From NCBI GenBank assembly GCA_045863855.1, contig BTVV01000014.1, forward strand, positions 1 through 64,000: 64,000 nt of DNA. Direction: 5' to 3'. Position numbers and translations under genes: made by a program. This DNA comes from Planctomycetota bacterium (GTDB taxonomy: Bacteria; Planctomycetota; SZUA-567; H5-PLA8). The notes under the pieces are model-generated. The model made no database searches. It was not told the origin of the DNA and saw only the letters and a list, made by a program, of their open reading frames with translations. Shown piece after piece: positions 1 through 9,463 of this stretch; the first letter of the stretch is position 1; every line of letters starts with the position of its first letter.

Positions 1-416
1 GCTCCGGGCTCCGCCACTTCGAAGACCAGATGCGCCGACTCGGGGATCTTTTCGATGTTCCGTTCGAATATCTCGCGGGGATCCTTGAGGTTTAGAATCG
101 ATTCGGCTCGGCGCACCACGATGACTTTGGGCTCTCCTGAGCCGAACATGGAGAGGGTGCAGGCTTCGTCCAGCACGCGCGCCGGATCGAGCGGCTCGGA
201 GCCCGCCTCGCCGGCGTGAAAAACGATCCAGTTCATTCCACCGTCGCCGTCCCCGAATGCCGCTTGGCGAATCCCGTCGAGCGCCTGGTGGCGCAGCGCC
301 GTTTCGGCGCCCAACACCAGCACCGCGGGCGGCAGTTTCCCGCCGCTCCAGGCTTGCGATACCTGAGCGGGCAGCAAAACGGTGGCATTTGCGGCATTTC
401 CGCGCCGAACGGCCAT
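1..416 (-). CDS. holA: DNA polymerase III delta subunit (5' part; runs off window)
   Basis: Manual translation from ATG at 416: MAVRRG...LPPAVLVLGAETALRHQALDGIRQAAF...VLDEACTLSMFGSGEPKVIVVRRAE; matches the HolA N-terminal pattern. Confidence 0.8.
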   Translation of the reverse strand, partial: MAVRRGNAANATVLLPAQVSQAWSGGKLPPAVLVLGAETALRHQALDGIRQAAFGDGDGGMNWIVFHAGEAGSEPLDPARVLDEACTLSMFGSGEPKVIVVRRAESILNLKDPREIFERNIEKIPESAHLVFEVAEPG

Positions 417-526
417 GAAATCTGTTCCCGAATCCCGAGATACCGGCGAATCTAAACCCACCGTGGGCGATTGCAAAGTGGCGTACGGCACTTGACCGTT
501 CGCCCCTATCGGATTCTGCTGTTCGC

Positions 527-775
527 ATGATTGTGTTCGTTCACTATCACGCGCTGCTGCGGGATAAGACCGGCCGGACGAACGAATCGTTCGACTTGCC
601 GGGGACGCAGCCGACTTTGGGCGATTTGCTCAACGCTTTTTTTACGCGTTATCCGGGACTCAAGAAGCTGGAGACCAGTCTTCGAGCTGCGGTGCACGAC
701 GAATTCATCGAACCCGGCGATGCGTTGAACGAAGGCGACCGCGTCGATCTGCTCCCGCCCTTTGGAGGAGGCTGA
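527..775 (+). CDS. moaD: Molybdopterin synthase sulfur carrier (MoaD/ThiS)
   Basis: 82 aa ubiquitin-like protein ending LLPPFGGG; adjacent to moaE. Confidence 0.9.
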   Translation: MIVFVHYHALLRDKTGRTNESFDLPGTQPTLGDLLNAFFTRYPGLKKLETSLRAAVHDEFIEPGDALNEGDRVDLLPPFGGG

Positions 776-777
776 GC

Positions 778-1224
778 GTGCAGGCGACACCCTTGGTGGC
801 GCTCCTGCGCGAACCGTTGGACGTTTCGCGTCTGGCGGCGTTGGTGGAACGCCCTTCCGCGGGTGCGGTGGTGACATTTGTGGGCACTACGCGGAATCGC
901 CACGAAGGCCGGCCGGTACGGTGTTTGGAATACGAAGCTCAAGAAGCCTTGGCGCGGAAAGAGCTGGAGCGGCTTTGCGCGGAAGCGCGTGGGAAGTGGG
1001 AGATTGCCGAGGCCGGCGTATGGCACCGGCTGGGCAAAGTGGAAATCGGCGAGGCCAGTGTGGCGATCGCGGTCAGTGCTGCGCATCGTTCACCGGCGTT
1101 CGATGCCTGCCGCTTCTTGATCGACACCTTGAAGCGCACCATTCCGGTCTTTAAGAAAGAATACTTTGCCGATGGAGGCGATGCGGTCTGGGTCGGCCCC
1201 GACGGCAAGCCCGTGGCGCTTTGA
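778..1224 (+). CDS. moaE: Molybdopterin synthase catalytic subunit
   Basis: GAVVTFVGTTR, LEYEA, HRLG, AAHR, LKRTIPVFKKE motifs. Confidence 0.93.
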   Translation: MQATPLVALLREPLDVSRLAALVERPSAGAVVTFVGTTRNRHEGRPVRCLEYEAQEALARKELERLCAEARGKWEIAEAGVWHRLGKVEIGEASVAIAVSAAHRSPAFDACRFLIDTLKRTIPVFKKEYFADGGDAVWVGPDGKPVAL

Positions 1225-1351
1225 GCGCCGCGCCTTTCTCGCACGCTTCGGGAAATCGAGTATGCTTCCCGGCCAATGCGGGTGCGCCGCGCAGCCTGGG
1301 TGAGGCGCGCGGTCCCGCCGCCCGCTCGGTTCATTCATGAAGGTATTCCGC

Positions 1352-2635
1352 ATGCCGAAGTCCCGAGCCGGATCGTCCAAATCGTCCGCGTCGTCGAAGC
1401 GCAAGTCCGCGGGTGGGCACGGCGCGGTGCGCACTCGCGATCCTTTGGCCAGCCTGACCAAGGCGGAGCGCGAACTGGAAGCCGAACTGATCCCCGCGCC
1501 GCTCTTGCACGAAAAGGGCGGGCCGTTGCCGTTGCAACCTGAGATGGTCGAGCCCACGGCGCCCGCTCCGGGAGCCGAGGCCTATCATCCGGTCGCACCA
1601 GCCTGCGCCGTACCCAAGCTCACGCGCAAGCAGCTTGAAGCCAAAGTAAGGGAATTGATTGGCCTTCAGGGTACCAATCCCGACGCCGATCTAATCGAAG
1701 ATCTCATCGTCACGGCGTTGCGTACCGTGCGCGACGGCACCGATCGAGGCGAACTGAAGATCATGGCTGCGGCGCTGCGTGAATTGCGATATGCGTTCGG
1801 CGTCTTTCGCGAGTTTCGAGGCCATCGCAAAATTTCGGTCTTCGGTTCCGCGCGCACCAAGCCCGGCGCACCCGAATACGAGCAAGCCAGCCGCTTCAGC
1901 GCCGAGATGGTGCGCCGCGGTTTTATGGTCATTACCGGTGCCGGGCCGGGCATTATGGAAGCTGCTCAGGGCGGAGCGGGGCGAGACAAGAGCTTTGGCG
2001 TGAACATCCGCCTGCCGTTCGAGCAAAGCGCCAATCCCGTCATCGAAGGCGACCGCAAGCTAATTCATTTTCGCTATTTCTTCACGCGTAAGCTCTGTTT
2101 CGTGAAAGAGGCCAGCGCCATAGCGCTTTTTCCCGGCGGCTTCGGCACTCACGACGAAGGTTTCGAGGCGCTCACCTTGGTCCAGACGGGCAAGGCATCG
2201 ACGGTCCCGATCGTGTTTATCGACCGGCCAGGGGGAGTGTACTGGCGCGAGTGGGCCGACTACGTCGCCGACCACTTGCTCGGTAAAGGTTTAATCAGCG
2301 AAGAAGATATGGCGCTCTTTAAGGTTACCGACGATCCGCTTTGGGCTGCCGAGGAGATTACGCACTTCTACAAGCGATACCATTCCAGCCGTTTCGTGAA
2401 GGACAGGCTGGTGATTCGCATGGCTTCGCCCTTGCCCGAGGGCGTGATCGAGCAGTTGAACAAGGATCACCATTCGTTGATGGCGCATTCAAAGGAGCGC
2501 ATGCGTGTTACGAGTGCGCTGCCCGAAGAGCGCGATCAGCCCGAGTTGCTCGGTTTGCCGCGCATCGTATTCCCATTCAATCGGCGCAACTTCGGGCGCT
2601 TGCGTATGCTGATCGATTCCATCAACCGCGCGTAG
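1352..2635 (+). CDS. LOG family nucleotide-binding protein (long form)
   Basis: SVFGSAR, ITGAGPGIMEAA, YFFTRK, PGGFGTHDE motifs; start uncertain (1337/1352). Confidence 0.88.
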   Translation: MPKSRAGSSKSSASSKRKSAGGHGAVRTRDPLASLTKAERELEAELIPAPLLHEKGGPLPLQPEMVEPTAPAPGAEAYHPVAPACAVPKLTRKQLEAKVRELIGLQGTNPDADLIEDLIVTALRTVRDGTDRGELKIMAAALRELRYAFGVFREFRGHRKISVFGSARTKPGAPEYEQASRFSAEMVRRGFMVITGAGPGIMEAAQGGAGRDKSFGVNIRLPFEQSANPVIEGDRKLIHFRYFFTRKLCFVKEASAIALFPGGFGTHDEGFEALTLVQTGKASTVPIVFIDRPGGVYWREWADYVADHLLGKGLISEEDMALFKVTDDPLWAAEEITHFYKRYHSSRFVKDRLVIRMASPLPEGVIEQLNKDHHSLMAHSKERMRVTSALPEERDQPELLGLPRIVFPFNRRNFGRLRMLIDSINRA

Positions 2636-3383
2636 CGCATGCCGATTCGAACGCCAGGCATTCCAGCGGCTCCATGCGCGAGCGCGCACTTTTGGCTTCG
2701 CCAGAACGCACGTAGGCGAAGATGAGATTCCGCCGCGAACGCTCGGATCCGTTAGCCGCCGAATGATGCGGCGTGCAGGCGTGAAAGAGCAGCGCATCTC
2801 CGGGGCGAGCGGGCACGGGAACGGCTTGCCGCAGCCATGAAGCCTGCATGGGATCAGCCGTGTTCATGTTGCCACTGTCAGGCGCGGGATCGAAAAGCCC
2901 TTCTCGGTGCGCCCCGGGTACGATCTGAAGGCAGCCGTTGTCGGGTGTCGCTTCTTCAAGGAAAACCATAAGTGAAACCATCCCGGTGTGGCCCCAGTTC
3001 ACGCCGTCCTGGTGCCATGGCACTTCACGGCCCACGCGCGGTGCTTTAATCAGCATCATGTTGTGGCGGTTGACGCACCACGCCGCATCCGCCCCCAGCA
3101 CTTCCTGCATCAGTTCAGCCACTCGTGGTTCGCGGGCGACCTCCTCGAACGCCGCGTGCCGGGCGGCGATGCGCGAGAGGCGGTAGACCGCCGGTTCGTT
3201 GCCGGGCTCGCTGGGTGCGTTTTCAAGCAGATTCCACGCTGACGAGCCGGAGGAGGTGCGCACGCGTGCCAATTCGGCATCGGCAAGCGCGTTTAGTTCG
3301 GCGACGCGCGGTTCCTCAAGCCACTTGGGTAAGCGAAGGTAGCCCTGGTCTTGCAAGAACCTGCGTTCATTGATCGTCAGCAT
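2622..3383 (-). CDS. Phytanoyl-CoA dioxygenase family Fe(II)/2OG oxygenase
   Basis: WHQD, NGCLQIVPGAH, FHACTPHHSAAN..RR; canonical HxD...H triad. Confidence 0.9.
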   Translation of the reverse strand: MLTINERRFLQDQGYLRLPKWLEEPRVAELNALADAELARVRTSSGSSAWNLLENAPSEPGNEPAVYRLSRIAARHAAFEEVAREPRVAELMQEVLGADAAWCVNRHNMMLIKAPRVGREVPWHQDGVNWGHTGMVSLMVFLEEATPDNGCLQIVPGAHREGLFDPAPDSGNMNTADPMQASWLRQAVPVPARPGDALLFHACTPHHSAANGSERSRRNLIFAYVRSGEAKSARSRMEPLECLAFESACATRG

Positions 3384-3522
3384 CGGTGATCCTTTCCGGA
3401 CTTGAGGAGCATAGCAGCGTAGGTCGCTCGAAGCTTCTGAAGTACATTATGCATCGATAAGTGCGATATGTATTGATCGAGGCCGGACGGGAAGTTTAAC
3501 CGATCAGGACTTTCTGTTCCGT

Positions 3523-4371
3523 TTACAGCCAGGAGCGTGGCGCACGCCAGCGCCTGGGCGATTGCCCTGTGCGCTTTCGAAACCAACGCGAGAAGGCGTG
3601 GATCGAGGAGAATCCCAGCGCTTCGGCGATCTGCGACACGTTGAGGTGTCCCTGCGCGAGCAGTTCTTCGGCTCGCTGTTTTCTTCGCGCATCGAGAAAC
3701 GCGTGCGGCGTGCAGCCCGCTTGCGCGCGAAAGAGCCGTGCGAAATGCCTTGGCGACAGGTGAGCGGCGCTTGCCAAGCGACTCAAGTCGTGGCCTTGGG
3801 CAAGCTGCGAGTCGATCGTTTGCATTGCGCGTACAATTCGCTCATCCGAAGCGAGCGAGGGATCCGGCGGAGGTTGGGTTCCGGCGCCCCGGCTTCTGGG
3901 CCACATGCAGAGTACTTCCGCCAGCGCCGAGATCCGGGCGGCCGACGGCAAGTCGGGGAGCGCCATCGACCGGCTTAATCGTCCCAGTGCGCGCACCAGC
4001 GGCTCCGTACCCGCGAGTCCCTGAGCTAAGGGCGCGAGGGTCCGGTTGCGCAGCAACGGCCAGTTTGCCTCGACGCGTAACTTGAGACTGAACAGTTCCC
4101 CGGGTTCGCGGCAGGATTGCAGCGCGTAAGCGTGGGCTTCGCCGGGATAAAAGACGGCAGCCGTGGTGCCCACTGCGGTATAAGGCCGGCCTTCCACCAC
4201 CCACGAGCCGTTCGCCTTTCGCAACAGATCCAGTTGCAACAAGTCATGGTGGACGTGCGCTGGTCGGTGCAGGGGGCCGTCGAAGGCGATGCGCGCCGAT
4301 TGGACGAGGCGTGAGGGATCGTCAAAGAGCCGCGCACAACATTGGAGCAATGCCAGTTCGGCGTTCGGCAT
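3523..4371 (-). CDS. AraC family transcriptional regulator
   Basis: N-terminal cupin (HVHHDLLQ), C-terminal HLSPRHFARLF...IAEALGFSSIHAFSRWFRK; start taken at MPNAEL. Confidence 0.9.
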   Translation of the reverse strand: MPNAELALLQCCARLFDDPSRLVQSARIAFDGPLHRPAHVHHDLLQLDLLRKANGSWVVEGRPYTAVGTTAAVFYPGEAHAYALQSCREPGELFSLKLRVEANWPLLRNRTLAPLAQGLAGTEPLVRALGRLSRSMALPDLPSAARISALAEVLCMWPRSRGAGTQPPPDPSLASDERIVRAMQTIDSQLAQGHDLSRLASAAHLSPRHFARLFRAQAGCTPHAFLDARRKQRAEELLAQGHLNVSQIAEALGFSSIHAFSRWFRKRTGQSPRRWRAPRSWL

Positions 4372-4375
4372 AGGA

Positions 4376-4795
4376 TCACTCGAAAGGGAGGGTGGGCAAG
4401 GTCTGTTCCGGCGGCAGCCGCTTCGCGCCGGGCTCCGAAGACTCGGGCGGATGCGCGTGCTCGGCGATGCCCAGATGCGAAGCACTGAGTTCGAACGGAT
4501 CTTCGGTTCCGCCGCGCGCCACACAGACGACAGCGGAATAACAGTCCAGATGTCGGTAGGCGTTCACCCAATCGTCGGGCGTCAAGCGATCCCTAAAGGT
4601 TCCACCCGAGGTCCGGTCGCGTACATCCACGAAGGAATAGTCATAGAGATCCTGCAAGGCTTTCAGTAGATCTGCGGGTTCTGCTTTCCAGCGCGCTTCC
4701 GCGACTACATACAAGGCGGCCACGCTTTGCGCGCCGTCGCGAACGAGCGCGTCGAGTACCCCGAAAGCCAGCGGCGAAAGCAGGTTGCGCGGCAT
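4376..4795 (-). CDS. Hypothetical protein (139 aa)
   Basis: Ordinary protein composition; stops 4 nt before the AraC start; TAGGAT 6 nt upstream of ATG. Confidence 0.6.
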   Translation of the reverse strand: MPRNLLSPLAFGVLDALVRDGAQSVAALYVVAEARWKAEPADLLKALQDLYDYSFVDVRDRTSGGTFRDRLTPDDWVNAYRHLDCYSAVVCVARGGTEDPFELSASHLGIAEHAHPPESSEPGAKRLPPEQTLPTLPFE

Positions 4796-4894
4796 TTCGG
4801 CATCCTAGCGTGTTTCTCGCCGGTATCGAACGGGCTTTGCCTCGCCGATAGCGCGGGATAGAACGCAATCGTCCTCTGCTTGGAGAGTAAAAGC

Positions 4895-7012
4895 ATGAAC
4901 GCTGCTATCGAATGGTTTCGGCATCGCCTTGAATCCGATCGAACTCGAGCCGTCGTGCGCATCGACCGCATGGCGCGGGGCTCAGTTCCCTTCAGCCCGC
5001 TCCTGCTAGGGAAATTCTGCGAGCATTTAGGCAGCAACATTCAGCAAGGTATGGATGCCCAATTGCTACGCAATCCGACCTTCGCCGCCTGGCGCTTCAG
5101 TGCGGGAGAGAAGAATCCCGACGGGGGCGTCAGCGCCGAACACGACCATGAGGCCATTGCCGCTCACATGAAAAGCCGCGCTGAACAAGGCGGCTGGCCC
5201 GACGGCGCGCGCCTTTTCGACGCTTGGCGTAGCGGTGGCGCCTATCCGTGGTTTTCCTGCGGCGCGGTGTCGTCCGTGCGCTTTAGCCCCGATGTCGGTC
5301 CGTTCGGCCATCGCGCGCAACGCGTTGAGATCGCGGATACCGGCAAACCCGCTGGCTTGGCTCAATGGACCTATCTCCCACTGCACCGAACCCGACGCTA
5401 TGCGTATCGCGCGGTCGCACGTGCGATGAAGCCGGTCGAATTGACCCTGACTCTGGCAGGGGGCAACGGAGGTGCGGAGACCTCAGCACGCCTAAGCGTG
5501 GGAACCGAATGGACCACACTTATGGGCCAATTGGAGCTTCCGGAGTCCGCGCCTGCCGGCGCGTTGTATACGCTTTCGCTTACGGTTCCGGTTTCCGCGC
5601 ACTTCGTACTCGACCGAATGCTTCTTTACCCGTCCGATCACTTGAACGGCGCGGACCCTGAGGTGATTCGATACCTGAAGGATTCGCGACTCCCGCTGCT
5701 GCGTTGGCCAGGCGGCAATTTCGTCAGCGGCTACCGCTGGCGCGACGGCGTCGGACCGATGGACGCGCGCCCGACGCGTCCCAATCCCGCGTGGGACGGC
5801 CTGGAACCGAATCTATTTGGCACCGCCGAGTTTATCGCGTTCTGCCGCGCGGTGGGATGCGCGCCGCTGATCTGCGTGAATGCCGGAGACGGCACGCCGG
5901 AAGAGGCCGCGGAGTGGATCGAGTATTGCAACGGCTCAGCGGATACGCCCATGGGCGGGCTGCGAAGCCAGCACGGCTATCCCGAACCCTTCGGCGTCCA
6001 TTACTGGGAGATCGGGAACGAGTTGTACGGATCATGGCAAGTACACTGGACCACCGGCGACGGTTACTTCGACCGGCACCGGCGGTTTGCCGCGGCTATG
6101 CGCAAGGCCGATCCGTCGATTCGCCTGCTCGCGACCGGAAACGCGATGGCGCTGGATGATCGCTGGAACGTGCGGTTGATCGAAGAAGATGCGGAGCCGG
6201 ACCTGTGCCTGACCGACCATTTGCTCACCGGCGGGCCGGTCGATGCGCGGACCGACCCTGAAGAGTTGCTCGGCGCATTCCTGGGACTTGCAGGCAAGTT
6301 GGGCGCCGATTATCGAGCGTTGCAAGAACGCATGCGGTCCGCAGGTGTGACACGCGGTCGACTGGCCGTCACCGAGCTTCAGTTGTTCGCGCGGTTTCGC
6401 GGCGAAGAGATTCCCGGCGCGAAACTCAGCCGGGCGACGATGCCAAGCCCCGATACCGTCAGCGAGGCGCTCTACTTCGCCACGATCCTCTTCGAACTGG
6501 CGCGGCTGGACGGCTTTTGCGAAATGCTCACGCATTCGGCGACGGTTAATCACGGCGGCGGTTTGCGCAAGCAGCGCGAGCGCGTTTGGGCCAATCCCGT
6601 CCACTACGTTCACGCACTATGCGCCGAACTGAACGGCGGCACGCCTGTGGCGTTGGAAGTCAGCTGCGATGCCTACTCGACCACGCACACTTTCGGGCAT
6701 ATCCCGCCGTTGGCTCAGGTCCCGGTGCTGGATGGGTTCGCGGTTGAGCAGGCAGGAGGAACGCTTGTTGCTTGCTTGGTTCACCGCGGAGTGGGTCACG
6801 GGCCGCTGGAGGTGGCCCTTCATGTATCCGGTTTCGGCGCTGGCCGAGTGGAAGGCCTCGAATTGCACGGCGCGGCCATGCACGATCGCAATACTCGTGA
6901 GGTCCCGGATCGAATCGTTCCACGTGAACTGGCCGTGAGGCGCGACGGCGAAGCGCTTCGTGTCACCCTTCCGCCCTTCGGATTCGCTCGATTGATCCTG
7001 CGGCCGCGCTGA
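4895..7012 (+). CDS. GH51 alpha-L-arabinofuranosidase-like glycoside hydrolase
   Basis: LRWPGGNFVSGYRWRDGVGP..RP, FGTAEF, YWEIGNELYG, LAVTE. Confidence 0.9.
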   Translation: MNAAIEWFRHRLESDRTRAVVRIDRMARGSVPFSPLLLGKFCEHLGSNIQQGMDAQLLRNPTFAAWRFSAGEKNPDGGVSAEHDHEAIAAHMKSRAEQGGWPDGARLFDAWRSGGAYPWFSCGAVSSVRFSPDVGPFGHRAQRVEIADTGKPAGLAQWTYLPLHRTRRYAYRAVARAMKPVELTLTLAGGNGGAETSARLSVGTEWTTLMGQLELPESAPAGALYTLSLTVPVSAHFVLDRMLLYPSDHLNGADPEVIRYLKDSRLPLLRWPGGNFVSGYRWRDGVGPMDARPTRPNPAWDGLEPNLFGTAEFIAFCRAVGCAPLICVNAGDGTPEEAAEWIEYCNGSADTPMGGLRSQHGYPEPFGVHYWEIGNELYGSWQVHWTTGDGYFDRHRRFAAAMRKADPSIRLLATGNAMALDDRWNVRLIEEDAEPDLCLTDHLLTGGPVDARTDPEELLGAFLGLAGKLGADYRALQERMRSAGVTRGRLAVTELQLFARFRGEEIPGAKLSRATMPSPDTVSEALYFATILFELARLDGFCEMLTHSATVNHGGGLRKQRERVWANPVHYVHALCAELNGGTPVALEVSCDAYSTTHTFGHIPPLAQVPVLDGFAVEQAGGTLVACLVHRGVGHGPLEVALHVSGFGAGRVEGLELHGAAMHDRNTREVPDRIVPRELAVRRDGEALRVTLPPFGFARLILRPR

Positions 7013-7013
7013 A

Positions 7014-8731
7014 TCAGGCGCCCGCGAAGCTAGGGACGCGCTCGCGTGCGATCGGGGCGGGCTTCGGAGGCCAAGTTGCTTCGGGGCGCGGCGCTCCCTT
7101 CACGATTCGCGGCAGCTTTACCTTAAAGTGCGGCTGGCTGCTCTTGAAGTTCGTCCCGCCAGGCGCCGAGGGCAGGTACGCTTGGAAGTGCCAGTTCGGA
7201 CCGCCGCTGTGGCTGGGACGAACCATCAACGGTTCGTGCCGTCCGTCCCCACCGACCAGCCACGCCACATTTCCGCTTCCACCGGGCGAACTGAGCGCGC
7301 CGCTGGCGCCTTGAAAGCTCCACGCCCACGAACCCGCCACGGGCTGTCCGCTCCAGCTTGCGCCCAGGAAGCTCGAAACCAACCGCCAACTCGCCGGAAT
7401 GCGGCTCGAGCCCAGGAACTGCGACGTCGGCTTGCCGGCGGCATCGAATCCGAGGTCCTTGAGCAGGCGGTTATGCAGCCGCGCTTCTTCTTCCGGCCGC
7501 AAGCGCCACTGCTCGTCGTAAATTTCCGACGGGGCTTCGCCCGGCGTGCGCACGAGCTGAGAGGCGACCAGCGAGATCCATTCGCCATCGGGCGAGAGAA
7601 GCCCCAGTTCGACCTGATAGGTCCCCGTCTTGCCGACATGGAGATACCAGTTTCCGATCGACGGATCGATCTCCAGATCGACGGCCAGATCTTCGTCGAT
7701 GCGATGCAGGCGCAGCACCCACGCGCATGCGTCGATGAATCCTTGCCCGCGGTCGTGCCGAATGTCGTCGATCCGGCCTCCGGTCAACTCCCAATACGTG
7801 AAAATCCACTGCGGATCCTTAGGCAGCGCGACCATGCGGTCCCAGCCGTAGCTGTCGGGGATCGGTAATCCGCGGTCGATGAAGGTCGCGGGCAGCGGTT
7901 CGGCGACCGGCGCAGCGGGAGGTGGGGGCGGAGGCGGCGCAAGCGGAACCTTCACGGTCGCGAGCTTGACCTCCACCTTCTTAACAACTTTGGCTACCTT
8001 CGCTTTCTTTGCCAGTTTGGTGTTCGTGCGGCGCGCGGGATCTTCTTCAGTGCCGCAATCTCCGATGCAGAGACCGGAACCTTCAGGGTCTGGACCGCCG
8101 TCGCCGCTTTGACAGCCACGGCGACCGGTTTGACCGGAACAGCAGCCTTCGGTGCGGCAGGCACAAGCTTGGCGACGGGAGGTGACGGAGGCGGCACAGC
8201 GGGCGAAGGCTTCGGCGCAGGTTTCACCGCCGCCACCACGGGCTTGGGCGCGGGCGGGACCGGCTTCGCCTCGACTACCGCCTTCTTGGCGGGGGCTGGC
8301 GCTTTGATTGCAGCAGCCGCAGGCGCAGATGTTACGGAAGCCGGTTTCGAAGCAATTGGAGCGGGTTTCATCGGAGCTACGGGCTTTGCGGGGGCCTTGG
8401 CCGCAGCCGCAAGCGGCTTGAGCTTCGCGGGCGTAGGGGTCTTCGACGCGGGAGCGATGCGCTTCGAACTGGGCTTGGCAGACGTTGCCGCCGCTTTTTT
8501 CGCTGGCACGGTCTTCTTCGCGGCCGGCGATTTTGCCTTCTTAGAACTCTTCTTTTTGTCGCTCAAGGCCGGAAAAGACTTAAGGGCGCGCGGAGTCGCG
8601 GTGGCCTTTTTCGAATCGGACTTGCCGGGTGTGCCGGAGTGTTTGGCGTTGCTGCTGGAGCTTCCGCGTGTAGCGGACCCAGCCGTACCGGAGCCTGCCG
8701 ATTTGCGCGCCACCTGCTTCTTCTTGGCCAT
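7014..8731 (-). CDS. Lys/Ala/Pro-rich (histone H1-like) N-terminus fused to DUF4912 domain; 1-nt frameshift near 8038
   Basis: ORF 7994..8731 is K/A/P-rich; ORF 7014..7976 has IPDSYG...LPKDPQWIFTYWEL...WYLHV...YQVELG (DUF4912); the second frame is open upstream as ARRTNTKLAKKAKVAKVVKK. Confidence 0.75.
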
Positions 8732-8842
8732 CCTGCACCCCTTTCAGCACTACCTTTTGTCACCCGCGCGTGGATAGAACTCCAACACGCCCGAGAATGC
8801 ACACTTCATAGCGTGATGCCGACCCTATGAAAGCAATTGGAC

Positions 8843-8858
8843 TGCAACTGCCGGACCA
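8843..8858 (-). promoter_or_regulatory. Candidate sigma-54 (-24/-12) promoter
   Basis: Minus strand TGGTCCG-GCAG-TTGCA; GG-N10-GC spacing, ~110 nt upstream of ATG 8731. Confidence 0.5.
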
Positions 8859-9022
8859 GCACCGGTGCGACATCCTACCTCAAACCAGTCGGGTGAACAG
8901 GATACCTGCCGCCGTGAAGTATAGATAAATCGTTAACCAATCCCGTCTATCGTACGCACCTCGAGGTGCGCGTAGTGCTTTATCAACTCAAATACGGATG
9001 CACCAAGCAAGCTTTGCACACT

Positions 9023-9031
9023 TGCTATAAT
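9023..9031 (+). promoter_or_regulatory. Extended -10 promoter
   Basis: TG-C-TATAAT, 9 nt before ATG 9041. Confidence 0.6.
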
Positions 9032-9040
9032 TCAGGGCCG

Positions 9041-9463
9041 ATGAAAAAGGCGCTGATAGTTCTGGCGGTACTCCTGCTCCTCGCAGCCGGTGGCGCGGGC
9101 TTTTGGATATGGCCGCACTTGCAGACCTCCGCCAGCGGCCCGGAAGCAGAGGTCAGTTGGACCTACGGCGGCACGCCGCGGATCGCGGAGGTCTTCGTGT
9201 TCGACGAGCACGACCATCCACTGCAAGGGGTCTTCATCGAGTTCGAGTACGGCGACAGCGGATCGGGAACGAACAGCGACTACGAAGGCCGCGCCGAGAT
9301 TAAGCTGGAAGAGTCGGTATTCCATACGGTGCGCGTGAACGGTGCGATCGTCGTGCATCGACCGCGAGCTGCTACGATCGGCGTGCCCAGCGCGGCGGAT
9401 GGCCTGCGCATGAAGATCCGGATTAAGAAGCCCGAAGCGTTCTCGATCTACATCGATCGCTGA
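9041..9463 (+). CDS. Membrane-anchored hypothetical protein, beta-rich (carboxypeptidase-regulatory-like)
   Basis: MKKALIVLAVLLLLAAGGAGFWIW anchor; VFDEHDHPLQGVFI...SDYEGRA pattern. Confidence 0.65.
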   Translation: MKKALIVLAVLLLLAAGGAGFWIWPHLQTSASGPEAEVSWTYGGTPRIAEVFVFDEHDHPLQGVFIEFEYGDSGSGTNSDYEGRAEIKLEESVFHTVRVNGAIVVHRPRAATIGVPSAADGLRMKIRIKKPEAFSIYIDR

